Translations under genes and position numbers: made by a program | In this document: positions 11,370 through 21,576 of the stretch, one piece after another | Layout of the letters: the number at the start of each line of letters is the position of its first letter | Numbering within the stretch: the stretch's first letter is position 1 | The notes under the pieces: model-generated | Seen by the model: only the letters and a program-made list of their open reading frames with translations | What the model was told of the DNA's origin: nothing | Databases searched by the model: none | NCBI GenBank assembly: GCA_965240325.2 | Contig: OZ251231.1 | Location: 496,001 to 560,000 of the forward strand | DNA from: Rebecca billardiae RCC1528 | Taxonomy: Eukaryota > Protista > Haptophyta | DNA length: 64,000 nt | Reading direction: 5' to 3'

Positions 11370-14360
11370 CTATGGCTTTGTCACAGCGGCGTGCTGGACC
11401 ACGATTGTGGTGGTCGCCGCGGCGGCACGCCTGCCCTGCCACCAATACAGCGCCGCACCGGCACCCGCGAGCGCCGCCACGCCACCGACAGCCCCGACGA
11501 TGATGCCTGCCAGCATGCCTGGCCGAGCGCTCAGCGCAGAGGCGCCGCCGGCTGAGGGCGCCGCCTCGTCCGCGCCCGCGCCGCCGCCGTCGTCATCGAC
11601 GCCACCGCCGCCGCCATCGTCATCGTCGTCGTCGCCGCCGCCGCCGCCGCCGGCCGACGAGGCCGACGAGGTGCCCGATGGCGGGCTGGGGGGCGGGCTG
11701 GGAGGCGGGTTGGACGGTGGGGTGGGTGGCGACGGCGGCGGGCTCGGTGGGTCGCTCGGCGGCGGCGGGCTGGGTGGCGGCGGCGGCGCGCTCGGCGGTG
11801 ACGGCGGCGGCGGCGGCGAGGGCGGCGGGCTCGGCGGGCTCGGAGGCGGTCTTGGCAGCTCAAAGGGCTCAAACGTCAGCGTCCACAGCTCCCACCATGC
11901 GTGCGTGCCCTCCGCCTCGGTCCACGCGCCACAGCAGCGGCACGCCCACTGCGGCTGCTGCGGCGCGAACATGAACACGTCGCAGCCCGCCTCGAACGCC
12001 GCCTGCGAGCACGCGCTCAGGCTCGTCAGCCCGAGGTTGACGGTCTGCACGTCGCAGCCGCGGCCGTCGACGCGCGAGACGGCCGTCCAGGCGCCGGGTG
12101 GGAGCGGCGGGCTGGGCGGCGGCGAGGTGGGCGGCGAGGGCGGGAAGACCTCGAAGCCGATGGCGTAGAGGTCCCACCACGCGTGCTCGCCAGTGCTGCC
12201 GTCCCATGCGCTGCAGCAGCGGCAGCCCCACTGCGGCTGCGAAGGTGCAAACATCATCACCTCGCAGCCGGCGTTGCCTGCCGCCGTCGCGCACGGCTGC
12301 AGCTCGGTGAGGCCCAGATCGAGGTTCTGTATGCCGCAGGTGCCGCCGTCGCGCAGCAGGAACGCCTTCCAGTCGCCCGGCGGCGGCGCGGGCGGCGGCG
12401 GCGGGCTCGGCGGCGGCGTGGGCATGCACAGCCGACCCACCCGGACGGGCGGCGCCACGCACTCGCCCGGCGTGCACGGGGCGGGGTTGACAACCGCACA
12501 CGCCGTCTCCTCCAACAAGTACAGCCGCCCGTCCAGCCGCACCTGCAGCTCGAGCACGACGTCGAAGGCCTGGTCCGAGCCGGAGAGGCAGAGCGCCGGC
12601 GAGTCGAGCGCGGTCGCGCTCACGCGGAACCCGCCGCCCGCGAGCGCGGCGTCCGCGAGGCTCAGGTTCGCCGCGCACAGCTCTCGCGCGTGATTCGCGT
12701 CGTCGGCGCCGCTCGCGCGCGGCCCCGCGCGACACAGCAGCGGCACGGCGCTCAGCGTCGCGCCCGCCGCGTCCGTCAGCTCGACGCTCACCTCGACGTC
12801 CTTGGCGTAGTCGGCGCCGCTGCCGGAGACCGACATGGACGAGTCGTCCAGGTACGCCGCGACGCGCAGCTCGTAGCTCGCGTTCTCGGAGCAGGACTGG
12901 TTCAGCCCGACGGGCGCCTCGACCTGCAGCACCGCCGCGCCGTCGTCGTCCAACTGCGGCAGCGCGGACTCGTTCGACGGCAGCGCGCTCCCGTTGACGA
13001 AGCAGCCGTCGGCGTAGTTCTTGAGCAGCACGGGGCACACCTCCGACTCGTGCAGCGGGTGGAAGCCCAGCGCGCCCGACTCGCCGCCCGTGCCCATCAC
13101 GTTGGCCACCCACGCCTCCGGGTGCGAGTCGGACGTGACGTGATTCGCGCCCAAGTTGTGCCCGACTTCGTGGGCAAAGAGCACCCAGTTCGAGCCGCGC
13201 AGGTTGTACGAGAAGGCGGAGCGCGCGCCGGCGCAGCGCGCGGGCACGTACGCGAGCCCGACGATGCTCGAGCCGAACGGGCTGCACCCGGTGAGCAGGT
13301 GCCACAGCGCGAGCCCGCGCTCGTCGTACGCCCGCGACCACGCGTTGAGCGCGCTCAGCATCGGCCCTGCCTCGAGCGGCGCGCCAGACGCCGGGTCGAC
13401 GCACTGGTTGACGCCCGCGCCCGCGTTCACGTCGTCCGCCGGGAAGTTGGGCGGCAGGTAGGGCAGCGGGCGCGTCGGCTCGACGAAGACGATCATCTCG
13501 TGCACGCGCACCTCGAGGTTGAGCTGCTGCGCGTACAGCACGTTGGTCGTGACGAGCGCGGCCGCAAAGGCGGCGAGCGCGCGCTCGACGCCGCCGCGCA
13601 CCGCGACGTACCTGTAGTCGAGCGCCACGCCCATCGGCGCCTGGAAGAGGAAGGAGGGGCAGCTGCCGAACGGCGCGTGCTCGCCCTGCAGCGCGCGCCC
13701 CGCGTGCGCGTGGCGCGCGCGCGCCGCGGACGCGCGCGCGCCCGCGCGCCCGCGCCCCGCGGCCTCGGGCACCCCACACTCCGGCACGCGCTCGGCAGCG
13801 TCGGGCGCGGGCCGCTGCAGGTCGCGCGGCCGGTATGCGATCAGGGGGCCGGCGGCGGCCGCGTCGAGACCGTGCTCCGCGGCGCGCTCGATGAGCAGGT
13901 AGTCGTCGATCTCGCGCTCGTGCACCACCGCGCTCAGCTGCCCGCCCGGGTGGAGCACGGCAGCCGCGCTCAGCCGCCCGCGCGCGTCGACGGCCGCAAA
14001 GGCGGGCAGCGAGGGCGCGTCTGCGCGCTCGCGTCGGCCAGCGCCATCCACGACGGAGAAGTGCGCTCGATCGGCGGAGAAGATGTCGTAGCGCGTCAGG
14101 TTGAGCAGGTGGTGCTTGCCGAGCGCGGTGAATGAGAGCGACACGCGATCGTGCGCCGCCGCATCGGCGTGCGCGTGCCCATCCAGCACGCGCCGAGCGC
14201 GCGCGCCGCCACCGAGCCGGAGCTCGAGAGCGTGCACGTCGTGCCACGCGCGAAGGCCTGTGGCTGCATCGGCCGCTGCGGCCGCGGCGGGCCGCGCGGA
14301 CGCCAGGAGCACGAGGACGAGCCTGACGCGGGTGTCCATCCTTGATTCCTTGATCATCAT
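11370..14360 (-). CDS. Type I membrane reprolysin/ADAM-like (M12B) zinc metalloprotease with two Cys-rich (PAN/Apple-like) modules and Pro-rich stalk
   Basis: Signal peptide; prodomain with Cys-switch ECGV; HEVGHNLGANH zinc motif; Met-turn NVMG; two ~65-aa repeats ending CRCC..W; TM helix GIIVGAVGGVAALAGAGAALYWW. Confidence 0.9.
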   Translation of the reverse strand: MMIKESRMDTRVRLVLVLLASARPAAAAAADAATGLRAWHDVHALELRLGGGARARRVLDGHAHADAAAHDRVSLSFTALGKHHLLNLTRYDIFSADRAHFSVVDGAGRRERADAPSLPAFAAVDARGRLSAAAVLHPGGQLSAVVHEREIDDYLLIERAAEHGLDAAAAGPLIAYRPRDLQRPAPDAAERVPECGVPEAAGRGRAGARASAARARHAHAGRALQGEHAPFGSCPSFLFQAPMGVALDYRYVAVRGGVERALAAFAAALVTTNVLYAQQLNLEVRVHEMIVFVEPTRPLPYLPPNFPADDVNAGAGVNQCVDPASGAPLEAGPMLSALNAWSRAYDERGLALWHLLTGCSPFGSSIVGLAYVPARCAGARSAFSYNLRGSNWVLFAHEVGHNLGANHVTSDSHPEAWVANVMGTGGESGALGFHPLHESEVCPVLLKNYADGCFVNGSALPSNESALPQLDDDGAAVLQVEAPVGLNQSCSENASYELRVAAYLDDSSMSVSGSGADYAKDVEVSVELTDAAGATLSAVPLLCRAGPRASGADDANHARELCAANLSLADAALAGGGFRVSATALDSPALCLSGSDQAFDVVLELQVRLDGRLYLLEETACAVVNPAPCTPGECVAPPVRVGRLCMPTPPPSPPPPPAPPPGDWKAFLLRDGGTCGIQNLDLGLTELQPCATAAGNAGCEVMMFAPSQPQWGCRCCSAWDGSTGEHAWWDLYAIGFEVFPPSPPTSPPPSPPLPPGAWTAVSRVDGRGCDVQTVNLGLTSLSACSQAAFEAGCDVFMFAPQQPQWACRCCGAWTEAEGTHAWWELWTLTFEPFELPRPPPSPPSPPPSPPPPPSPPSAPPPPPSPPPPSDPPSPPPSPPTPPSNPPPSPPPSPPSGTSSASSAGGGGGGDDDDDDGGGGGVDDDGGGAGADEAAPSAGGASALSARPGMLAGIIVGAVGGVAALAGAGAALYWWQGRRAAAATTTIVVQHAAVTKP

Positions 14361-14464
14361 TCTGCTACCTGAGGGCCGGGCCTTCTGTGTGATAAGCTAC
14401 CCCAGTCATGCCGCTTGATACACACCTTCCCCAACTGACAGTGGGGCTCTACATTCCCTACTAC

Positions 14465-14610
14465 ATCCTCATCCTGTCGGCGCGCTGTCGCATCGGCGCC
14501 CAGTCGGCGAGTTCGGACGACGACGTTTTGTGGACGACGGTGGGGCGAGGACGACGGGCGCTGGCGCGCCGCGAGGCGGCCGCAGCCCTCATCCAGGCCT
14601 CGCAGGCGGA
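14465..14610 (+). repeat. Dispersed repeat relic, with a second more decayed copy at about 35040-35140
   Basis: Shared ggggcgaggacgacg...gggcgctggcg...cgccgcgagg...catcca...gcaggc. Confidence 0.6.
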
Positions 14611-15148
14611 CGGCTGAACGAATTTTTCCGGCGGCGCTACCATCGGCGACGGCTTCATGGGCGGTGACAGTTGGCGGGCGTCAATCTCGCCTGCCTGAGC
14701 TGTGTGCGTCTCTTATTCTTAGTAAACTGTATACTGTACACGATTTATACGACGTACGACTGTGCATACATAAAGTACGTTACTACCGTTACTGTATGTG
14801 GAATCTACTGCCGCCGGTTTTACTAGAACAAGTATTGTACAGTCGTACCGTACAGACCGTATGTACGTTCAGTACGACTACTGTAAGTACCTTTGATGGC
14901 GGTGACCATTCAATAATGACACTGATGGGCCTGATCGCAGCAGACTCGGCTGATGATGCGTGTGGCGCGCATGCCCAAGACTTCGACTCATGCAGACTGA
15001 TGCTGGCTGGTGCGGACTTTGATGTTCAGGTGCTGATATGACTGAATGTGCGACGGCAAGCTGCGCGCGGTGCAGCGCGGCTGACCGGTCGCGGTCGTTA
15101 CAGAGTGATCCGACCGCGCCAGTGCCCAGTGACACTGGGACTGGCCGG

Positions 15149-16837
15149 TCAGCGGTGCGAGCTGAAGTGGATCACGGCCGACTCGCCCGCGAGGGCGGCC
15201 AAGCAGAACGCGGCGAGCGGCAGCGTGCCCGGCGTGCCCGTGAGCGCGACCAGCCCGACCATCATCAGAATGGGCGCGTGCACGGCTAGGTGCCCGTTCC
15301 AGAACGAGTCCTCGTCCAGCTTGGGGCCCGACAGCTGCGCGCCCGCGAGCTCGCCGACGCGCAGCGCCTTGAGGATCACGCGCGCCTTGGCGGAGTGGCC
15401 GACGTCGTCGAACGCCTTGCTCGCGTCGCGCCCCGCCAGCTCGAGCAGCACCTGCTTGCCGCCCGGGTGCTTGTCCGCGTACGTCGTCACGTCATACACG
15501 GTGCCGCCGATCGCGAGCCACGCCGACTCTGCCGTGGCGTGCTCCGCGAGCTGCGCGAGCGTGATCTTGCCCTGCGCGGCGTCGGCGTCGGCGGCGGCGC
15601 TGGCGAGCGCCGCCTCGTGCTCGCGCCGTGCGGCCTCCTCCGCCTGCACCTGCTGCACGTCGAGCGACGTCGCCTGCGCGCCGATGTACTGCGCGCGGCC
15701 CGCCTTGCGTGAGCCGAACACGGCGTCCCAGAGCCCACCCGCCGCCGAGAAGGTGAAGTTGCACCGCTTCGAGCCCTCGTGGTGGAGGTCGTGGTGGTGC
15801 GGCATCTGCGAGTAGGGCAGGAGGCGCTGCAGGTTGTGCGCCACGTTGTAGTAGCACGACACGCCCGAGTGCTTCTCCAGCGACTCCATGATGCGCACGA
15901 AGTGGATGAGGTAGTAGCCGGTGAAGTCGAGCGGGATCAGCAGCTGCGCAAACGTGTGGCCGTAGATCGCGTTCATGAAGTTGTCGAAGGCGTGCGCCTG
16001 GTACGTGTTGCGCGAGAGCGGGTGCGTGGCCTGGTGGTGCACGCCGTGGATGTGCGCCCACTTCCACGGCACCACGTGCCCCGCGCGGTGCGCCCAGTAC
16101 ATCGTGAACGAGAGGCAGTACTGGTGCGCGAGCACGAGCGCGAGCCGCGCCGCCCACGAGCGCGTCGACGCGCCCGCGGCCGGGTAGAAGCCGGGGATGA
16201 GGAGGTAGAGCGTGAGCGCGAGCAGCGCATCGAGCGTGAGCGTCGCACGATCGTGCAGCGTCTGCGCGCGCAGGTCCTTCAGCTCGCGGCCCGTCAGGTC
16301 GCACTTCTCGCGCAGCGCGTGCTCGAGCGGCGGCTGCGTGCGGTACTGCGGCTTGGTGAAGTAGACGTACTCGAGCCACGCGTTGTAGCCGCGGCTGAAG
16401 AGCGACATGGCGAGCATCCACGCGCCAATCTCGACGAGCGACTGCGAGCCCGCCGAGGGCGTGAAGTGCCCCCCCGGGTTGAGCGCGCCGAGCGCGATCA
16501 TGCCGACGCGCGAGCCAAACTCGATGGCCGTGTTCACCACGTCGCCGGAGAAGAGGAGCGAGCTGAAGTGGCGGCCCTGGAGCTCCTGCTCGTCGTGGAG
16601 CGTACGAGTGGCGATCTTGCTCTCGCTGTGCAACCACGATGTCCGGGCGAGGGAGCGCGCGTTCGGCGGTGCCCGGTCAGCACCCGTGCATGCAAGCGCG
16701 CGCGCAAGCGCGCGAGTGCAAACGCCCGAGGCAGCGGCTCACCTGCTCACCAGCGGGAGGCCGTCCTTGTTCTTGGATCGGAGGCGAACGACAGCCTGCT
16801 GCTGATCTGAGATCGTCGCGATCGTCGTCTGAGACAT
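15149..16837 (-). CDS. Sterol desaturase / fatty-acid-hydroxylase superfamily enzyme fused to a C-terminal cytochrome b5 domain; intron at 16626-16742
   Basis: His boxes HRAGH, HGVHH and HHHDLHH; WDAVFGS; b5 motifs YDVT, HPGG and GHS followed by a hydrophobic tail. Upstream exon MSQTTIAT.. joins in phase 2 via GTGAGC..GCACAG. Confidence 0.85.
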
Positions 16838-17317
16838 GGGCTTGGCGTGTGCGTGCGCGGGTGTGTCTCGGGTGGAGTTGCGGTCGCTCGCGGTGTGCGT
16901 GATGCGTGAAGCGCTGAGCTTTGCGGCCGTGCCGGGAGGTTTCCGACTTTCAACTTTGCCGCCCTCGGTCGGTGGCGAGGCCGAATTCGCCTCCCACCCG
17001 AGCTTGGCGCCCGGACGGTTGGTGCTTTTGCGGAAGCTGCCGAAGACCGGCGGCGTAACAGTCTGGCCGATTTAGTTTTTCCGGCTCTACCAGTATCGTT
17101 TTTGACTTTTTCCTGGCTCCAGGAGTAGGTGTGCAGGCAGTGACTCGGCAGTGTGCCAGCAGCCGATCGAGACATCAGACAACGGAGTCACATCGTCATC
17201 TATCTCCCTCAGTGTCGTAGCACCAATGCTTGGTCTTACTAGGAAAGTGCGCAGCCTAGGCGGCGCGAGCCCGCGGCGCCTGCCTTGTCGCCTCGCTCAC
17301 TCTCTAGATCGAGCTGG

Positions 17318-18160
17318 TCACGCGCTCTTTCCCTCCGCCTCAAGACGGGCCGTAGCCGCTGCCAGCAGGATGTTGCTGCCGGCCCCGCGTGACGCTCCTG
17401 ACGCGAATCCGCCCTCGAGGCGGTCGGCGTCTGACGCGCCCACGATGGCGTACTGCGACGACTGGCGGCTCGCGGGTGTGCGCAGGGGGAACATGCCCGA
17501 GCAATGCGCCGCCGTGGCGACCAGCGCGCCGACGATCACGAGCGACACGACGGTGAGCATGCGCTGTCCCCCGCGGCCTTCGTGCATGAGGCCGAGTGCG
17601 AGCACGTCATCACCCGCCGCGATCGCGTCGTTGATAAAGGCCTTGAGGCCCGTGCTGCTCGAGCTGCTCAGGACGCTCACCGGCTGCGCTTCGTCCGCGC
17701 CATCCTGTCGCAGCAAGGCTGCATCTGCAGGAGGCACATCATTGTGCGCCGGCAAGCGCTCTGAGCGCGAGCGGAATGCCCCGTCCGAGTCGGCCGCGGC
17801 ATGGGCGGCGCGCTGCGCCGCGACCTCGGGCGGATGGGGGCTCGAGGCGGCGCTAGGGAAGTTCAGCCGCCTCATGAGTTTGTGCAGGTCGTCGTAGTGG
17901 TATTTGGACAGGTCGTACGTCACCTGCTCGTTGGTCACGCTGTCCGTGACGGTGAGCTCCGGGTTGTGGTGGAAAATCCACTCGATCTGAACCGCGCCGT
18001 ACTGGTCGATGCCCCCGGGCGACTTGAGGAAGCGCTTCACCTCGGGAAGCCGATTCAGCCGTCAGGCCGAGCAAGACCTGACGATTCCGCTGACGCGCGC
18101 CTCGCCGCGGGCGGCGAGCTCGCCGATCGCGGCAGCGACAAAGAAAAGGCGCGCAGCCAT
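17318..18160 (-). CDS. SELENOM: Selenoprotein M / Sep15-family thioredoxin-like protein with Sec (UGA at 18062-18064) and a C-terminal membrane-anchored extension
   Basis: ATG at 18160 gives MAARLFFVAAAIGELAARGEARVSGIVRSCSA-TGA-RLNRLPEVKRFL, matching the SelM CxxU-xLNRLxEVKxF signature, then HNPEL and DLSKYHYDDLHKLM..F. The ORF track starts only after the UGA. Confidence 0.9.
17680..17752 (-). promoter_or_regulatory. Type II SECIS element (selenocysteine insertion sequence) inside the CDS
   Basis: CCGGC-GC-ACA-AUGA-U-GUGCC-UCCUG-C-AGA-UGCAGC-CUU-GCUGCG-A-CAGGA-U-GGCGC-G-GA-C-GAAGC-GC-A-GCCGG: helix I, AUGA/GA core, 10-bp helix II, unpaired purines 12 nt after AUGA, and apical mini-stem. Confidence 0.75.
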
Positions 18161-18258
18161 GGCCGACCAAGGCCGAGCCTCCCACCCGGACCGGACCGCA
18201 CACCGGACCGGTGCAACCTCCAGAAACAGCATGCACGATTACGGATTGGAGGAGGGCG

Positions 18259-19881
18259 ATGAGCGCATGCATCCAGTCCGCCGCGACGAGAAGCTCGAGC
18301 ACTGCCGCCTCGCGCCCACGGCGACGAGGCGTGCGCCTCGCGTGCTTGGGCGTGCTGCTCATCGCTGGGAGGAGACGAGCGCATGCGCTCGTACCTGAGC
18401 ACTCGGCATGCCGCAGTGGCGTCGCAGCCGAGCGGCCAGCAGCCTCGTCCAAGCGCATCGCACACTTTGTCGCGACGCGCGGTTCAGCCCACGACGAGTC
18501 CGCCGGGTCCGAGGAGCGCTTCTTCGCGGAAGAGCAGGTGGTCGTGACGACGAAGGTGTGCGTGGTGGTAGAGCCGCCTCGCTTGCAGAAGTATCACTGG
18601 TACCGACTCCTTGGGCGCAAGCCCGCCTCCGGCATGCCGCGCGATGAGCACGCGCGCGTCGACGCACATGCGTCGGCCTGTGCCGCGCGGCACGGCGCGC
18701 ACAACGCCTCCGCGCACCACGGCGCGTGGGTCGAAGCACTCCATCGGGTCGTGCCGTGCACTACCCCGCAGCGCGCGTCGCTCGTGGCTCATGACTACTG
18801 CTTCCACCTCGAGCACATGGCGCGCTTTGCGCCCGAGCCGCAGCCTGCTGCGGCGGGCAGAGCGGCGCGACCGCGCATCATCACGCAGTGGTACCCCGGG
18901 CTCACGCTGCTCATGTCGGAGTTCCACACGTCCAACTTCAACCACTTCAACCGGGACGCTGCATTCCTGCAGCACGCCCTCGGCGTGCTCAACCTCCCGG
19001 CGCAGCGCATCCTCGCCCTCGAGCAGCGGGAGGACCTGCGCTCGTGGGGCCTCGACCACATGCGCGCGCAGCTGCCCGCGGAGCTGCAGCGCCAGCTGAT
19101 CTGGGTGAATATCTCCGGAATGCTCCACCGCCCGCAGCTGTCGGCGCTCGACCTCTTTCGAATCGCAGACTCGATCCGCGCGGCGGACGCCCGCGCACAC
19201 GGTGGGGCCGATGCCCGCGCGCCCCAGCTCCGGCCGCAGGTGCACCTCTGCTTCGAGGCGCTCGCGCAAAAGTACGCCATGTACTCGGCTGACCGGCGCG
19301 CCTTCGACGACATGCGCGCGCGCTCGTACGCGTTCTGCCACGTGTCTCCGGGGCGAGAGCCGAGCTACATCCTCTTCGAGAGCCGTTCGCACGAGCCGTG
19401 GGAAGGCGGCACGCGCATCGTCAGCAACCACAGGGAGGTGCGCGCGGCCCTTGACCGCGTGGCCGAGCGCTTCAAGCTGGGCGTGCGAATCGTCACCTTT
19501 GGCGACATGGACTACTGCGGCCAGGTGCACGCGGTCGCTGGCGCGCGCGCACTCGTCGGCGTGCACGGGCAGGGTCTCACGAACGCAATCTTCCTGCGGC
19601 GCGGCGCGGCTCTCATCGAGCTCTTCTCTCGCCACTTCACACTGCGTGGCCCTGAGGCACTCACGCAGGGGCACGTGCCGCTCGCGCTCGCGGCCAACAT
19701 GCAGTACGCCGCCGGCTACGTCGAGTCCACGTGCGCCGAGTACCTCCACTGGAAGTTCCACAGAGAGTGTGCGTCTATCGTGAACACGACAGAGCTGGAG
19801 CACGTGCTGCTCCCGCAGGTGCTGCGCGCGGGCAGCGACATGTTTGGGAAGAAGAGCGCATGGCCAAAGCGCGGCTGGTGA
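18259..19881 (+). CDS. Glycosyltransferase family 61 (DUF563)
   Basis: N-terminal hydrophobic anchor; NFNHF; R-IVSNHREV; QVHAVAGARALVGVHGQGLTNAIFL..ALIELF, the GT61 signature. Confidence 0.85.
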   Translation: MSACIQSAATRSSSTAASRPRRRGVRLACLGVLLIAGRRRAHALVPEHSACRSGVAAERPAASSKRIAHFVATRGSAHDESAGSEERFFAEEQVVVTTKVCVVVEPPRLQKYHWYRLLGRKPASGMPRDEHARVDAHASACAARHGAHNASAHHGAWVEALHRVVPCTTPQRASLVAHDYCFHLEHMARFAPEPQPAAAGRAARPRIITQWYPGLTLLMSEFHTSNFNHFNRDAAFLQHALGVLNLPAQRILALEQREDLRSWGLDHMRAQLPAELQRQLIWVNISGMLHRPQLSALDLFRIADSIRAADARAHGGADARAPQLRPQVHLCFEALAQKYAMYSADRRAFDDMRARSYAFCHVSPGREPSYILFESRSHEPWEGGTRIVSNHREVRAALDRVAERFKLGVRIVTFGDMDYCGQVHAVAGARALVGVHGQGLTNAIFLRRGAALIELFSRHFTLRGPEALTQGHVPLALAANMQYAAGYVESTCAEYLHWKFHRECASIVNTTELEHVLLPQVLRAGSDMFGKKSAWPKRGW

Positions 19882-21576
19882 ACGGCAGGCGGTGATCCAC
19901 GACCACAGTGCCATGTGCGGATGAGGATGATGAGACGATGATAGTCTGCTAGCAGAAGCGCATGACGGCGCGGCTCTTTATAATAATATATATCGTCGTC
20001 CAGATAATAGTTAAACAGACCGCCCTGCCTGACCAAGTGACGATCGATGTCGACGATGGGCGCTGAGACTGTCGTGACAAGACTTGGCGCTACGTTGGCC
20101 TTCTGATAGTGCCAACTACCGTAGTTATTGATCAATATCACGATGTATAGTCGATGACACGCGTGTAGCACAGGCTCGTCATCACGGGCGGAAAAGGCGC
20201 GTCGCGACTCCAATATGTGGCATCGCCGCATCGCGATCGATCGATCTGCTGCTGACGAACTACGATCCTCACTAAGTGTTGTCGACTACAGTAGCGCTAC
20301 GGAGTACGCGCGGTGACGGTGCTTTATTGTCTGTGACTAGTAACAGTCAGCAATCAACAGACGTACACATGATAATACAATCATCACTACTTTCAGGCAG
20401 AGTCTACGACGATGCCGAAGCCTCGGCGGCAGCCTGTAGTACTGTACTGCCGTAATAGTCGGCTGTGACGCTGGCTAATCTAACTAGTGCTGTATCTCTA
20501 TGACTGATGGACACTAATAGCTAGCAGGGCAGCAGAGCCACTGAGCCATTGAGAGACGAGAGCTAGAGAGAGCAGAGTGACTCAGAGAGAGAGAGAGACT
20601 CAGAGACTAGAGTCAGACACGTACACACACAGTGACTGACACACAGAGCCAAGGGCAATCTGAGAGATCGAGAGATCAGTCATCAGAGAGAGACAGCAGA
20701 GACGTCAGACGAGATCTCAGAGAGAGAGCCTGCTTGCTGATAACGAGGCTCATCCTTATTGGCAGACCTCAGTGGCTTAGCAAAGTAGGCCCTACTACCG
20801 TACGTAACCGCCGTATAAACTACCGTACCGACTTACCGTACCGCGGAGTATCTAGCTACCGTCGAGTGACCCGGCGCCGGTCATGAGTACGTCATGACTC
20901 TCTCCCACTGACTCTGTCACTTGAGTGTCGTCATGACCCGGGTCCGATGACGACTACACGCCCGACACGGACTAACGGTGCAGACGGTGCTAGCAGCCGC
21001 GCCGATCTGATCAGTTTACAGTTATCCGACTATACTCGGTGACGGCGTTATACGCGGTCGCGGTGACGCGCCTGATGAGGGCTGACAGGTGAGTACTGTA
21101 ACTGAGTCACGGACTGAGTGACGACTGACGACGGCTACCGCGCGTCAGGCTGTCGCGCTGTAGCTTATTTGACCGGACTCGCCGCCTGAAAGGGTGCCGG
21201 CGTCCGCGGCCACGCAGATCGTCACCGGGCTCTGGCTCCGGTTGACCCCTGCCAGTCCGGTCATAGTTTAAACCGGGCGTACCGAAAATGATCTTCGCAT
21301 TCCTGCGGCCGAATGAACGCGGCCGAAGTGTCCCACAGGGCCCCAAGTAGGGTTGCTATGGATGGCCAGCAATAAGTGCCCAGGGTGTGAAACTCAGTTT
21401 GTGACTACTTATTCAGACTCTATTTTTCATAGCTATTTACCCAGCCCGGTGACACCTTCCCAATAGCTACGGGTGCATCCGGATCGCTCCCGGACCGTGT
21501 TCTGACCAGAGTCTGAAATGGGTAAATACGTCATAGTAAAAATATAGTGAGTCTGAACTCTCTCTCTCTCTCTCTG

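Noticed and set aside
17170-17310. 3'UTR SECIS candidates (GUGA..AA at about 17300; AUGA hairpin at about 17200)
   Set aside because: The first lacks the 3' GA of the core; the second has too short a helix II and no apical adenosines.
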